Source of the DNA: Dictyostelium discoideum
Taxonomy: Eukaryota
DNA: 64,000 nucleotides
NCBI GenBank assembly: GCA_000004695.1
Contig: CM000151.3
Span: forward strand, 3,936,001-4,000,000
Reading direction: 5' to 3'
Shown here: positions 41,911 to 58,281 of the stretch, one piece after another
Layout of the letters: each line of letters begins with the position of its first letter
Numbering within the stretch: position 1 is the stretch's first letter
Program-made: the position numbers and the translations under genes
Notes under the pieces: model-generated
Databases searched by the model: none
Told to the model about the DNA's origin: nothing
The model's input: only the letters and a program-made list of their open reading frames with translations

Positions 41911-43934
41911 TATTAATTAATATTAATTTTTTTTATTATTAAAGGATATAATTGGATTAGATATTAATTCAACAGATTATATGAATGAAACAATAAAGAA
42001 ATCAATATTTAATAAAAAACCAACAGTACATTTAAATAAAAAAGTATTATTAAGTAAAAGAAATATAGATATTTTAATTGTATCACCAATAATAGTGACA
42101 AAAACATTGGAATCAACAAATGAAACTATGGAAGATATGAGTCATATATCAAGTGGGTTATTCCTAATGGAAAAGAATGTTCAAGCATCAAGAATTGAAG
42201 TTGAGAATGGTAATGATTTCACAATATTTCTTTCGACTACAAATGGTGAAATAGTTTATCAAGAGAATTATTTAAACTTTAAAACCCTCTATCAAGTTCA
42301 TGAATCTGGTCTATTTGAAGATAGATTAAAGTATGAATCAAGTTTAAAGATTGCAGATTGTGTATTAAAATTATGGATTTTTACAACGGAAGAGTATGAA
42401 AATAATTCCAAAACCTACTTACCATTACTTGTATCAATAATATCGGCGGTGATTTTAGTGTTGTTAATAACCTATTCGGTGGATCAAAGAAAACAGAAAT
42501 CTTTGATTGCAAAGATAATGAGAGAAAAGAATAATTTAATCAATAAGATTCTACCATTGGAAGTTTCTGTTAAATTAGAGAATGGTGAAGATGTCGTGGC
42601 GGAGCGTTCAAATAATGCTTGTGTCTTCTTTTTAGATATCGCTGGTTTCACAAGATTCTCTTCAATTCATTCTCCGGAACAAGTTATACAAGTTTTAATT
42701 AAAATTTTCAATTCAATGGATTTACTTTGTGCAAAACATGGTATTGAAAAAATTAAAACCATAGGTGATGCTTATATGGCCACTTGTGGTATCTTTCCGA
42801 AATGTGATGATATTCGTCATAATACTTATAAAATGTTGGGTTTTGCAATGGACGTTTTGGAATTCATACCAAAAGAGATGTCCTTTCATTTGGGTCTACA
42901 GGTTCGTGTAGGCATTCATTGTGGTCCAGTTATATCGGGTGTCATTTCAGGTTATGCAAAGCCACATTTCGATGTTTGGGGTGACACTGTCAATGTCGCC
43001 TCTAGAATGGAGTCTACGGGTATAGCTGGTCAAATCCATGTTTCCGATCGTGTCTATCAATTGGGTAAAGAGGATTTCAATTTCTCTGAACGTTGTGATA
43101 TCATTCATGTCAAAGGTAAAGGTAGAATGAAAACTTGGTATCTCATGGGTAAGAAATCAAGTGATTTCAGTTTGAAAAAGGATTTCTCAAGATCACGTGT
43201 TCAACCATCTCTATTCAATCGTAAACAATCCCATGTTCATTGTATTTATCCTGAATTTCCAAGTGGTCTTCAAGCATTAAACATTGAAAACAATCTAAAC
43301 AATACTGATGCAGGTTGTGAAAATTGTTCAAAAATTTTAAAGAAAACTTATGCTTACTCACCCGATCATTCAACTAGTAACTACTATTATCATGGTGATG
43401 ATAATTCTCCACCACCACCATCACTAAATTCAAATGATCTAATAGATGGTAGTGAATACCATGATGATCCATTTCCAAGTGATTCAAATGTTGGTTATCA
43501 TGATACTTCAAAAGATATTAAAGAAGATGAAAATGAACAAAATGAAACTTTATTATTTAATCAAGAACAATTAAAAAAGAAACAAATTGAAAATATTCAA
43601 AGAGATTTATCATTAAATGATTCAATTGAAGCAATTAAAATTTTAAATAATAATAATAATAATAATATAAATGATAATAATATTAATAATACTAATTTAA
43701 ATAATAATAATAATGATATTAATATAAATAATAGTGATAATGTTAATAATTATGAAAATAATAATAATTTTTCTGATAAAATAGAAAATAATGATGGTGA
43801 TAATAATAATATAAATGATAATAATTATAAATCAACAAATGAAAATAATATAAAATCAAAAACTCTTTTTAAAGATTCAAAATCGCTTATTAATGATATT
43901 AAAATGGCAAAAGAAAATTGTGATAATAATGATG

Positions 43935-43980
<46 letters not shown>

Positions 43981-44011
43981 CGAAAATGTAGAATCAAAAA
44001 AAAATAAATAA
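41236..44011 (+). CDS. acgA: Adenylyl cyclase, germination-specific (ACG): extracellular CHASE sensor domain, single TM helix, class III cyclase catalytic domain. Three exons: 41236..41478, 41587..41853, 41945..44011.
   Basis: Signal/TM start, CHASE-like ectodomain across exons 1-3, TM helix (LPLLVSIISAVILVLLITY), and the class III cyclase core (FFLDIAGFTRFSS...IKTIGDAYMATCG...VGIHCGPVISGVISG...FDVWGDTVNVASRMESTG). N/D-rich C-terminal tail. Two in-phase introns (GTAAGT, GTAATT). Confidence 0.85.
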
Positions 44012-44091
44012 ATATGTATATATGTATATAATCTATATTAAATTGTATATACAATAAAATTGTTTTTTTTTTTTTTTTATTAATTGTTTAA

Positions 44092-45225
44092 TTAATGATA
44101 TAAACCAACTATATCTTTAATTATATTTAAATTTTTATTTGCAATTTTATTTGCTTTTTCAGATCCTTGTAATAAAATATCTCTAACTAATTTCGGATTT
44201 GATTGATAATAATTAATTTTTTCACGAATTGGTGATATATTTTTAATGATTGAATTTGAAAGAAATTCTTTAAAGATTGCGTTTGATTTATCTTTAAATT
44301 CAGATTGTAAATCAGTGATTGGTATACCAGAGGTTTCAGATGCAATTGATAATAGATTTGAAATATCAGGACGATTAATTGGATCATAGGTTATACCAAT
44401 GATTGTATCAGTTTTTGATTTTTTAATTTTTAATTTAATTTGATCATCAGTATCTGTTAATGAAATTCTTGAAATCTCTAATGGATCAGATTTACTCATT
44501 TTCAAACGACCATCTTGTAAACTCATAATTCTTTTAGATTGCTCAGAAGTTATAATTGAGGGATATGGAAAGAATTTACTCTTGAAATTACTGTGAAATG
44601 CTTGTGCGATATCTCTGGTGAATTCTAAATGCTGAGTTTGGTCCTCGCCTACTGGTACATGTGTGGCTTTATACAATAAAATATCGGCAGCCATTAAAAC
44701 TGGATATGATAAAAGTCCATTTGAAACTGATGCTTCGTTTGATGATTTAGTTTTCTCTTTAAATTGAATCATATTACTTAGCTTTGAAAATGAGGTAATA
44801 CAATTTAAAATCCAAGTTAACTCTGAATGTGCTGGTACCATTGATTGATTAAATAAAATCACCTTTTCTGGATCAATTCCACATGCTAAATAATTTATTG
44901 CAACTGAAATAGTATTTGATTGTAATTCTTTTGGTGATAATGATTTAGTTGATGTTAATGAATGTAAATCAACAATTGAAAATATTAATTTATGTTTTTC
45001 ATTTATTTTTGTAGATTGTGATGATGATGATGATGATGATGATTCTGATAAATTTAATAATTCCTCTTCTTCTTTATTATTTTTTGTAACTAAATCTTGA
45101 ATTTTTAACCAATTACCCATTGCACCTAAATAATTACCTAAATGTAATGCTGAACTTGTTGGTTGCATACCACTAAATACTGTAACTTTAGTTTTATCTT
45201 TAAAATTAACTTCATCAATTTTCAT
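44092..45225 (-). CDS. Tryptophanyl-tRNA synthetase, bacterial/mitochondrial type (class I aaRS).
   Basis: Single ORF of 377 aa with the HIGH-equivalent (QPTSSALHLGNYLGA) and KMSKS motifs, overall bacterial TrpRS architecture, and a poly-S insertion. The upstream in-frame sequence is closed by a stop without another ATG. Confidence 0.85.
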   Translation of the reverse strand: MKIDEVNFKDKTKVTVFSGMQPTSSALHLGNYLGAMGNWLKIQDLVTKNNKEEEELLNLSESSSSSSSSQSTKINEKHKLIFSIVDLHSLTSTKSLSPKELQSNTISVAINYLACGIDPEKVILFNQSMVPAHSELTWILNCITSFSKLSNMIQFKEKTKSSNEASVSNGLLSYPVLMAADILLYKATHVPVGEDQTQHLEFTRDIAQAFHSNFKSKFFPYPSIITSEQSKRIMSLQDGRLKMSKSDPLEISRISLTDTDDQIKLKIKKSKTDTIIGITYDPINRPDISNLLSIASETSGIPITDLQSEFKDKSNAIFKEFLSNSIIKNISPIREKINYYQSNPKLVRDILLQGSEKANKIANKNLNIIKDIVGLYH

Positions 45226-45594
45226 AATATTCGGTTTTGTTATAGTTGATGAATTTGTTGTTATTGTTGTTGTTGTTGTTGTTGTTGTATAATTTTTTAT
45301 TGATAATACATTTTTACCAACTCTTTTACATGAGTTATCATATAATAATTTATTCCTTATTTATTTTAATATATCTCTTTTTATTTGAAAATGAAAAATC
45401 CAAAAAAAAAAAAAAAAAAAAAAATGAAAATAAAAATAAAAAACTCGTTGTGATTGTTTTTTTTTTTTTATTTTTTGTTTAAATTAAATTTTTTTTATTT
45501 TTATTTTTTTATTTTTATTTTATTATTATATTTAATATGTTTTTTCAATTTTAATTATAATAATAATAAATTAATAAATTAATAAATAACTTTT

Positions 45595-46107
45595 CTACCA
45601 ATCAGAAGCTTTTTTACATATTTCTTCTTTTTTTTCATTGCAAACACAAGGTGGATTTTGAGGATTAAAAGGTATTTTTGAATGAACTCCATCACAAAAT
45701 GGTGGTCTACCAGTATATCTACAACCACAAAGTAATTGAATAGTTTGTTTCTTTTTTAATTGAAATGGTGTTGGTGTAAATTTTGTACCTATACATGATT
45801 TTTGATCACATAATGGTTGTTGACCTTTTGTTAAACCACAAGTACAATAATAATAGGTTTCACCTGGTTCTAAACCTCTAATTGAGTATGGTCCATATAA
45901 TGGTATCTTATCTGGTACGTATTTACATAATCCACAATCATCACATTGACTACTTTCTTTTTCTTCTTCATTGTTATTGTTGTTATTGTTGTTGTTGTTG
46001 TTGTTGTTATTACCACCACAACAAGTTATTTTTTCTGTTGTTTCGCCTTTATCTTGAATTTCAGTATTATCTTTACATTCTTCCTTTTGTTCTTTTTCCA
46101 TATTCAC
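45595..46107 (-). CDS. CDGSH iron-sulfur domain protein (CISD3/MiNT-like, two tandem CDGSH-type repeats).
   Basis: Two repeats with C-x-C-x(9-10)-C-D-x-x-H/C spacing: CTCGLTKGQQPLCDQKSC (degenerate) and CGCRYTGRPPFCDGVH (canonical CDGSH). A poly-N tract precedes them. Confidence 0.55.
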   Translation of the reverse strand: MNMEKEQKEECKDNTEIQDKGETTEKITCCGGNNNNNNNNNNNNNNEEEKESSQCDDCGLCKYVPDKIPLYGPYSIRGLEPGETYYYCTCGLTKGQQPLCDQKSCIGTKFTPTPFQLKKKQTIQLLCGCRYTGRPPFCDGVHSKIPFNPQNPPCVCNEKKEEICKKASDW

Positions 46108-46535
46108 AAATTTATTTTATTTGTTTTTTTTATTTTATTTTTTTTTATACTGCTTTAAATATGTTTAAAGATAACAATAATAAAATAAAAAAAAATTTGA
46201 AAAAAAAGTGTTAAAAAATTACAAAAAAAAAAATAAAAATAAAAAAATAAAAAATAAAAAAAAGATATTTCCCCAAACGCCATTATAATGTCATATCTGA
46301 TTAAAATGAAATTTAAAAAAAATAAAAAAAATAAAAAAAATAAAAAAAATAAAAAAAATAAAAAAAAAAGGATAAATCAATATTTTAATTAAATATTTGA
46401 TGTATTAATTTTTTTTTTTTTTATTATTATTATTTTATTCTCTCTATCTTTCTCTAACTCTCTCTCTCTCCTTAATCCCTATCTATCAATCTATTATTTC
46501 TATTTTTTTTTTTTTTTTTTTCTTTATCTATCTAT

Positions 46536-48480
46536 TTATAATTTATTAACCAATGATTGATATTCAGAATAAATTGAAATTAAAGCTTGTTTAAATTGAT
46601 CTTCAGATGGTTTGTTTGTTAATTTAATAGATGGATTTGAAATTTTAATTGAATAAAAGATTTCATCTCTTTTCTCTTCAGAGATTTTAATTAAAGAGAT
46701 AATATTTCCAGTGGTGTTATTGATATAAGTGGTTTGAGATTTTGAGAAACTTTTAGTTTTATAGAAATCGGTTGGGAATACTAAAGAGTTGGCATTTTTA
46801 TCTTTGGTAGTTTGTTCTAAGAAAGAGCTAAAGTTTTTAGGGATTGAATCTTTATCAAAGTTTTTACTCTTTGAAATTGAAATTCTACAACCAACTTTAG
46901 AATTTGATTGTTGATTGCCACTTCCTGGATAAACAGTATCGAGTGTTACAACTCTTTCATCCAATTGAGAGATACCTTTAATTGTTAAACTATTATTATT
47001 ATTATCTTGAGCAGTGGTGGTAGATGGTACTAATCTAACTTTATAGTTACCAATGAAAACACGATAGATTGAAGCATCGGTTTCCTTTACTTTGTAAGTT
47101 GTACTTTCATTATCTTTAATGAATTTAGCGATAGCATTGAAATCGGATTCTTTAATGAGATTATCTTGTTTTGAACGGAAATCTTTATAAGTTTCCATTG
47201 AATTTAATTGATCCTTTGTGAATGATGGAAGGAATGCAGTGGAACTGAGTTGATAGAAAATTGAATTACCAAATTTGAGTGAACATTTAATCTTTTTATC
47301 ATTACCGCTACCAACCAATGATTGATTTGCTTCCATTAATGGTGAAATTAATGAATTGATAATTGTATCTTTTGATGATTCTTCATCATTACAAACTGAA
47401 ATTTTATTATTATTATTAGTGGTGGTGGTTGCAGTTGATGATTTCTCTTGTTCACATTGAACTAAAGTACAAGTAATTTGTTTAACATCTTTTGCATCCT
47501 TTTCAAATAATTGATATGGTACATTAATTGAATCAAAACTTGGAATCATTGATTTAAATGTAAAGTTTTCACTATTTGATACGACAAAAGTTGATACTTT
47601 GGTTGGATAGTTATATGGTACAAAATTGGCAACTTGTTTTTCAATCCATTTTGCAATATCACTACAATCTTCTGGATTCTTTGCTTTAATTGTTAAAATG
47701 GTTTTAATAACTAATGTTTTAACTTTAGTTTTTTTAATATCATCTTGGAATTCTAAAATAAATAAAAATAAAATAAAAAATAAAAAAATATATTAATAAT
47801 TGATTTATTTATTTTTAGAAAAAATAAAATAAAATAAAATAAAATAAAATAAAATAAAATAAAATAAAATGAAATAAATACATACCTTGGAAAGCTTTAC
47901 CAGTAATTTTTGAAGATTTTGAAATTTCATAGACTGTGTTTGATAATTTAACAAATGGTTTATATTTTTCAATGATTTCTTTAATGATATCATATTCAGC
48001 AACTTTAATAATACATAATGTATTGAATGTAACTTGAGCTCTTTCTGAGAAATCTATTAAAATTTTTAAAAAAAAAAAAAAAGAAATATTTTGTATTAGT
48101 ATTTTTTTTTTTTTTTTTTTTTTTATGATTGGTTGACTGATTGATTGAAAAAAAGGTACTTTACCATTATCTTTGATTAATTTACCAATTGGGTAATAAT
48201 CTGGAATATCCATGGTTGAGATAAAACCACCACTGAATGGACGTGGGGTTGGATCGGCTTCATTGGTTAAAGTAGTTTGTGCGCTACCAGTGGCAGCGGC
48301 GGTGGTGGTGGTGGTGGTAACAGTTGGTTGTTGTGGTTGTTGTTTGGCAACATTAAGATTATTAGTGGCATTGACAACTTCTTCTACTTGATCATCATCA
48401 CTATCATCAAATGCAAGATTATTGTAAACACTTTTCTTTGCTTCAACTTTTTTGTTTTGTTGATTGTTATTTCTTTTCAT
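46536..48480 (-). CDS. Hypothetical protein of about 566 aa, function unknown. Three exons: 48165..48480, 47886..48053, 46536..47752.
   Basis: ORFs 47815..48480 and 46536..47549 are joined through a 56-codon middle exon (DFSERAQVTFNTLCIIKVAEYDIIKEIIEKYKPFVKLSNTVYEISKSSKITGKAFQ). Both introns are phase-1, with GTAAAG and GTATGT donors; the second intron carries an (AAAAT)n repeat. No family recognised by eye. Confidence 0.5.
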
Positions 48481-48975
48481 CTTTTAATTGGATTGATTGT
48501 TTTTCTGATATCTTTTATTTTTTTGATCACACAATGAGAAACACGAAATCGAAAAAAAAAAAAAAAAAAAAAAAAAATGAAATTTAAAAAAAATAAAAAA
48601 TAAAAAAAAAAATTCAAAAAAAAAAAATTCAAAAAAAAGTGAATTTCTATTTTTGTTCATTTAAGATATATCCCCTTTTTTTTTTTTTTTTTTTTTTTTT
48701 TCGTTTTATATTATTTCTATTTTTGTATTCATATGATAAAATTAAATAATACATATAAGGGTTGTTAATTTTTAAATTTAAATAATTTTAAATTTTTCCT
48801 GTGGATTGCACAATAGAAATGACCATTTTCGATCCCAACACCATCGCTATTTTCCTTAAAATAAAAAAAAAAAAACAGTATTTTTATTGAAATTAAAGGA
48901 AAATTTTATTTATAAAATACCTAAAATATTTTGGGTTGTTTTTTAATTCCTTATTTGAATCTTTTTTCTTTTTTT

Positions 48976-49012
<37 letters not shown>

Positions 49013-49804
49013 CCCAAATCGAATTAAATAATCAAAATTCATTTCAATATAAATTAAACTTTAATCATATAAATAATATCAAAAAATTATGAAGTATGTG
49101 TGTGTATATTATTGTGTTAGATCACATTTTATTAACCGTTTCAGTTAATTAAAACACACACATTAAAAAAAAAAAAAAAAAAAAAAATTATTATTATTTT
49201 CAATGTTATTTCTCACACCACACCTCCCCACTTATATATTTTCTCACAATCCACACACACATTTTTTTTTTTAATATTAAATAATCGCCATAAAAAATAA
49301 TACACCAATACATATAAATATGGCAAAAATTGCTGTGTTAGTGGTAGGTTTATCTATTTTTATATTATTTTTATTTTTTTATTTTTTTTTTTTTATAATA
49401 ATTTTATCACAATTAAAATAATTTTTTTTTTTTTAATTTTTTTTTTTTTTTATATCAAATCAAAGTTGTTTATTAAATTAATTTTTTTAATTTTTATTGT
49501 ATTTATTAAACTCATCATTAGTATTTTTACTATTTTTTTTTTTTTTTGTATCCATACAAATATTTATAGTTACCCTTTTAATTCAACATTCATCAAATTT
49601 TATAATAATTCAATTTTAATTTTTTTTTTTTTTTTTTAAATTATTTTTATTATTTATTTAATTTATTATTATTATTTTTTTAAATTCATTTCAATATCAA
49701 TTTAAATAATCCACTAAATTTTCAATAAATAAAGTGTATATATAAAACAAATAAAAAAAAAAAAAAAAATAAAAAAAGTGATTTATAAAATAAAATAAAA
49801 AAAA

Positions 49805-51046
49805 ATGAAGATATTATTTTATTTTTGTTTAATTTTATTTTGTATTAAAAGTATAAATGGTGCATGTACACAATATCAATGTTTAAATAGTGGAGATGGT
49901 TGTACTAGAAAAGGTACATATTGCCCACCAGGTACATACTGTGAAATTACTTTCGATAATCCATTATGTACAGAATCAAAGAAAATTTTTGATTCTTGTT
50001 CATATCAAGCTCAATGTGATTCAGGTTTAGTTTGTTATAATGAAGGTGATGATCAATATTGTGCAAATATTAAATATAAAGGGTAAATTTTTTTTTTTTT
50101 TTTCTAAATTTTTATTAATATTTTTTTAAATTATGAATAAAATAAATATTTATTATTTATTAATATTTTTTTTTAAAATGTATATATAGACAAGGTGAAA
50201 GTTGTAAAAAAGATATAGAATGTTCAGATTCAATGAGTTGTACAAATAAAACATGTACATATAGTGGAACCTCATGTAAAGCTTATACATGTAAAACAGG
50301 ACAATTTTGTAATTCCCAAAAAACATGTCAATCATTTTTTGCCGATGGTACTCAATGTACAAAAGATTTAGAATGTAAACCAAATAGTAGATGTATAGTT
50401 ACTTCCAATGCTAAAATATCAAAATGTACATCAATTAATTCATTAGGTGCTGGTTTACCTTGTAATTCCGCTGATTCATGTGATATTGGTTTAAATTTAG
50501 TTGTATGTTTAAAAAATTAATTATTTATTGTTGTACATTTTATTTTTTATTTATTTATTTATTTATTAATTGTTTTTTTTTTTTTTAAATTCATTTTTTT
50601 TATTTTTTTTTTATTATATTTAGTGTTTCCAAGGTTATTGTTCAGAATATAAATCAGCATTTGATAGTAATTCAACATGTAGTGATAATACACAATGTAT
50701 ATCAGATAAAGCGCAATGTATTTGTGATTCAGTTAAAGTTCCAACAGGTCCTGGTACATGTCAAGAAATCTATTCAATTGGATCAACTTGTAAAAAAGAT
50801 AAATTAAATTATTACAATTGTATAGCAGAATCAAATTGCCCATTACAAGTTACAAATAAAAATAGTAATGAAACTTGTATTTCCAAAAAATGTGGTGATC
50901 TTAAATGTAAATATGAAGTATCTTGTGTAAACTCTGATTATCAATGTGGTAAAGGTCCAGTTTGTAGTGATTCTTCATTTTTAAAACATTCTTCATTATT
51001 ATTTTTATTATCATTAATTATTTCAATGGTAGTAATATTAATTTAA
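49805..51046 (+). CDS. Secreted cysteine-rich repeat protein with a C-terminal hydrophobic (GPI-anchor-like) tail, Dictyostelium extracellular Cys-repeat type. Three exons: 49805..50082, 50190..50502, 50624..51046.
   Basis: Signal peptide MKILFYFCLILFCIKSING, then about 40 Cys in repeated C-x-x-x-x-C / GxxC spacing across the three exons. It ends in SSLLFLLSLIISMVVILI*. Introns are phase-2 GTAAAT and phase-0 GTATGT. Confidence 0.6.
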
Positions 51047-51187
51047 AAAAAAAAAAAAATAAAAAAAAAAAAAGAGTTTAAATAAATATACAAATATATA
51101 TATATAATATTTTTAAAAAAAGTTATTATTTATTTGTACAAAATTAGAAAAATCATTTTATTATTATTATTATTTTTTTTTTTTCAT

Positions 51188-52660
<1,473 letters not shown>

Positions 52661-53395
52661 TCTTTATTTAATTATTTAATTATTTAATTTTTTAATTTTT
52701 TTTCTTTTTTTTTCTTTTTTTTTCTTTTTTTTTTTTTTTTTTTTTTTTTTTTGAGAAAATAGAAATAAAAATAAATAATAATAACAAAAATAAGGAAAAT
52801 AAAAACAAATAAAAAAAAAAATAATAATAAATAAAAATAATAATAAAAAATAATAATAAAAATAAAAAAAAAAAAACTTAAAATTTTTCAAAGATTATTT
52901 TTAAGAAAAAAGAAAAAAAAAAAAAAAAACAAAAAAAAAAAAATTAAATTTCAATTTTGATAAGAATAAAAAAAGAATTATTTTTGTTGAAAATTGTTTT
53001 GTTTAGATATTTGAAAAAAAAAAAAAAAAAAAAACAAGAGTTAAATAAGGTTAAACAGATACATTGTTTTTAAAATGATTCTTTTTATAAAAAAAAAATT
53101 AAAATTAAAAAAATAAAAACAATTTTCTTTTTTTTTTTTCTAATAATTATGCATCATAATTTGGTTTTTTTTTGTTTTTTTTTTTTTTAAACATTTAAAC
53201 ATTTCATTACCACTGACACCAATACTATGATCTTTAATATGAGATATTGAACCATTGGATTAAGAAAGTGAAAATGAAGAAGATTAAGAAATGGAATAAA
53301 AAAAAAAAAAATAAAAAAAAAAAAGGATTTTAAGTTTACTAAAAAAAGATAATAACACGGTAATATAATTTGGTTTATTTTGTATTTTAATCCAT

Positions 53396-54691
<1,296 letters not shown>

Positions 54692-54734
54692 TGAGCTAAA
54701 TGGGAAAATGAATTTAAAATTATTACAAACTCCA

Positions 54735-55848
54735 TTAAAATATTGGGAAATTCCAATTCAAGCCATATAAAAACAAATTCACCAACTCCAATGGTGTATA
54801 AAGTTCATCAGTATAAGAATTCATTTCTAATTGATTTTTTAAACCTAGATATATATCACCACTTATGTTTGCAGTTAAAATTGAGTTTAATCTTAATAAA
54901 TGCTTTGGTTTTTGAATGTTTGGAATGTTTTTAACCCAAAATGGGTGTGACGGTTTAAGGAATTTTGAAATTAATTCTTTCATTGAATTATCTGTATCAA
55001 TTACTAAACCTTCACAAACTAATTGAACACAACCATCTTTTTTTATAAATTTAGGATTAGTTTGTGATTTTCCAACCGAACTTGCATAATACCTTAATGC
55101 TGATACTGCTCTATTTTTATATTGTTCTACTTCTTCATTTTCACTTACCAATACATTATAAACATTTAATTTCTTAAAAATTAATTCATTTTCATTTTCA
55201 ATTTCATTTTCATTTTCATTTTCATTTTCATTTTCATTTTCATTTTCATTTTCATTTTGAATTTCATTTCCAATTTCATTTTCAATTTTATTTTTAAAAT
55301 TATTTTTATTTTCAATTTTATATTCAGAAAATCTAATGAATTGTTCAATTTTATTTGATAATTTAAATTTGTTTAAACCAGTTGGTGCTGGTAATTTTGT
55401 AAAAAAAATTTTTTCTTCTTTTGAATTACTTAAAATTAAATCTCTTAATAGTTTATAATTGTATTCACCAGTTTCTTCATTATAAAGTGGTTTTGTAAAT
55501 TCTGATAAAGTTTTAGTTTCTTTATTGAAATTTATATTTTCATTGATGAATGAAATATACCCTGAAATTAAATTTTCTACTGTGCAACCACTAACTTTTA
55601 CAAAATGATCAGTACCACCTAAAATCCAAAGATTTGCAAAATCTACTAAAATTTGTCTACCAACACCATTTTGAAAATTAAGATCTTTAAAATCAATTTC
55701 TTTAGAAATGGTTTCACCAATTATAAATCTTTGAATAGATTCTTTAAGTTTATCAACATCAGTTATTAAATCTGATTCCTTATTCCAAATATTAATTGAT
55801 TTATTTTTTGCTAATATTGAAAATAAAATTACATCTGAATCACTTTTT

Positions 55849-55879
<31 letters not shown>

Positions 55880-56659
55880 TTAATTATTAATAATTTAAAT
55901 TATAATAATAATAATTATTATAATATTTACCTTGAATAAATTAAAATTGGTTCTCTAGGTTTAATATTATCACTATTAATCATTTCAAAAATTTTCCATT
56001 CACCTTCACCATAACGATCATGTGGTGAAATATAAACATTTTCTAAATCTTCGAAATAACCTTTCCACTTAAAATTTTTAGTAATTGAATATAAAATTGC
56101 TTTTACATAACCCATAGTATCTGTACCTGATGTAAATGAATCTGATGTATAACATTTATCTTCAACTATTGATGATTGATCAAACCAACTATCTTCAACA
56201 AGTTGAAGATCTGATTTATTTTCATCTCCCTCTTGTAAATTTAATTTTTTAGTATTAAGTTTATGTAAAAAATTTGGTAATGCATCATTCTAAAAAATAT
56301 TTTTTGAAAAAAAAAAATTATTAATATTATGAAGAAAATAAAAAAATAAAAAAAATAATAATTACTTTAAATCTTCTATCTTTTTGCTCACTAAATTTTG
56401 ATATTGGACCTGGACCATCAACTGCAAAGAAAATTGATTTTTCAACATCAACCTTATCAAAAAGTGAATAGATTTGTAAATTTACAATATCAAATAAAGT
56501 TCTATCTGGTTTTGTTTTAGAATATTTGTATTTTCTATACAATAAATTATTTACATCAACGAATAAATGATCAACCTTTATTTTTCCATTACCCCTTTCT
56601 TTAATACATGTACCTTGGAATTTTGAATTTATAAATCCAGATAAACCTGGCACTGTCAT
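54735..56659 (-). CDS. Divergent XRN-family 5'-3' exoribonuclease-like protein (XRN_N domain). Three exons: 56366..56659, 55931..56289, 54735..55842.
   Basis: XRN N-terminal hallmarks: MTVPGLSGFI (XRN: MGVPKFF), KIKVDHLFVDVNNLLY (LYLDMNGIIH), IFFAVDGPGPISKFSEQKDRRFK ([23 protein letters not shown]), VYISPHDRYGEGEWKIFEMIN (GEGEHKI), PILIYSSDSDVILFSILA (YGLDADLIML). Introns are phase 0 and phase 2 with GTAATT/GTAAAT donors. Several otherwise invariant residues are substituted. Confidence 0.55.
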
Positions 56660-56773
56660 TTTTTTATTTTTTTTATTTTAATTATCTTTTTTTATTTTTT
56701 TTTATTTTATTTTTAGATTTTAATTTTGGTTGTTATTGGTTAAATAAATAAATAAAAATAAAATACAATTTTC

Positions 56774-56813
<40 letters not shown>

Positions 56814-56926
56814 GTTTGCAATAAAAAAAATGAGTGTAATAAAAAAAAAACAAATGTAAAAAAAAAAAAACGAGTGTAATAAAAAAAAACGAACAAAACG
56901 AACAAAAAAAAAAATGAAAATGAAAA

Positions 56927-56966
<40 letters not shown>

Positions 56967-56985
56967 GAAAATGAAAAAATCTAAT

Positions 56986-58203
56986 TTAATTTATTTTAAT
57001 AAAATTATTATTATTAAAATCTTTTAAAATTGAATAAAATATAAATGATTTTTTAAAAACTATTGGATTAATTTGATTCTTTTGATTAATATAATGGTTA
57101 TATAATTTCTCTAAAAATTTCTTTATAAATTCATTGTTATTATTATTAATATTATTAATATTATTATTATCATCAATGAAATTATTATTAATTGTAATTA
57201 AAATGAATAAAATGTTCAAAAATGATATTTGTACTCTCCAATGTTGATTTAAATCAATCATATTAATCATTACACTTTCATTACAATTATCAATTAAAGA
57301 TAGTGATAAAATAGGTTGCTGTTTAATTATTCTATAAAATGCTGAACTTGATGAAATTTTTATATTATTATTTAATTCATCTTCTAAATTATTATCATCC
57401 TTTATATATTTTAAAAATTGATTCAATAATTGTTTACTTTTAATTGAAAAATATTTTATATAAATTGGACGTGTTATTAATAGATTATCAAATGTTTTAA
57501 TTAAATATAATAATATAGTTTTATCAATTGCTTTATTTGTTGTTATTATTGAACTAAGTGAAATTTGTGGAAATAATGATGGATTTGGTATTGATGATAA
57601 TAATGATGGTGAAGTAGATGATGGCGATGATGGCGACGATGACGATGATGACGATGATGGTGGTGGTGATGAAGATGGTGATGATGAATCATTTATTAAA
57701 AATAAATTTAACAATGTGTTTATATATTTCTCTAATGAAAGTATACCCCATTTAGTTGAAAGTGTAATTTCATCCAATGTTGAAAAATAAAATAAAATTT
57801 CACCAAATGTTGATACTAATTTCCTTTTTAATGATAATTGTATATTATTATTATTATTAAAAGATGATATTTCATTATTTAAGTATTCTAATAATTGTAT
57901 TATTGAATCTTTTGAATTTATTGATAGGTTATTTGACTTTCCAATAATTATACCTAATAAATGAATAATTTTTACTTTTATAATTGTATCATTTGAAATT
58001 TTAATTTGTTGTACTAATTGTTTTATTAATATCGTATGTTCATTTATTATTATTAATAATTTTTCAATAATTGATGAATATTGATTATTTGATAATAATA
58101 ATAAATCTATTAAATAATTTAATAATGTTAATTTCGTAATAATTGTAGTTTTAGTTTTAATAAATTTTGATATAAAATTAAAATATTCAATAATTTCTTG
58201 ATA

Positions 58204-58281
<78 letters not shown>

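Noticed and set aside
48800-48860. tRNA-like TTTCGATCCCAACACC string
   Set aside because: It resembles a T-loop/acceptor end, but no complementary T-stem, D-arm or acceptor stem can be drawn on either strand.
54692-54734. A 31-nt GTAATA...TTTAG intron joining the XRN-like frame to the N-rich ORF
   Set aside because: It is shorter than known Dictyostelium introns, and the resulting phase is incompatible with the downstream frame. The relationship of the two ORFs is left open.
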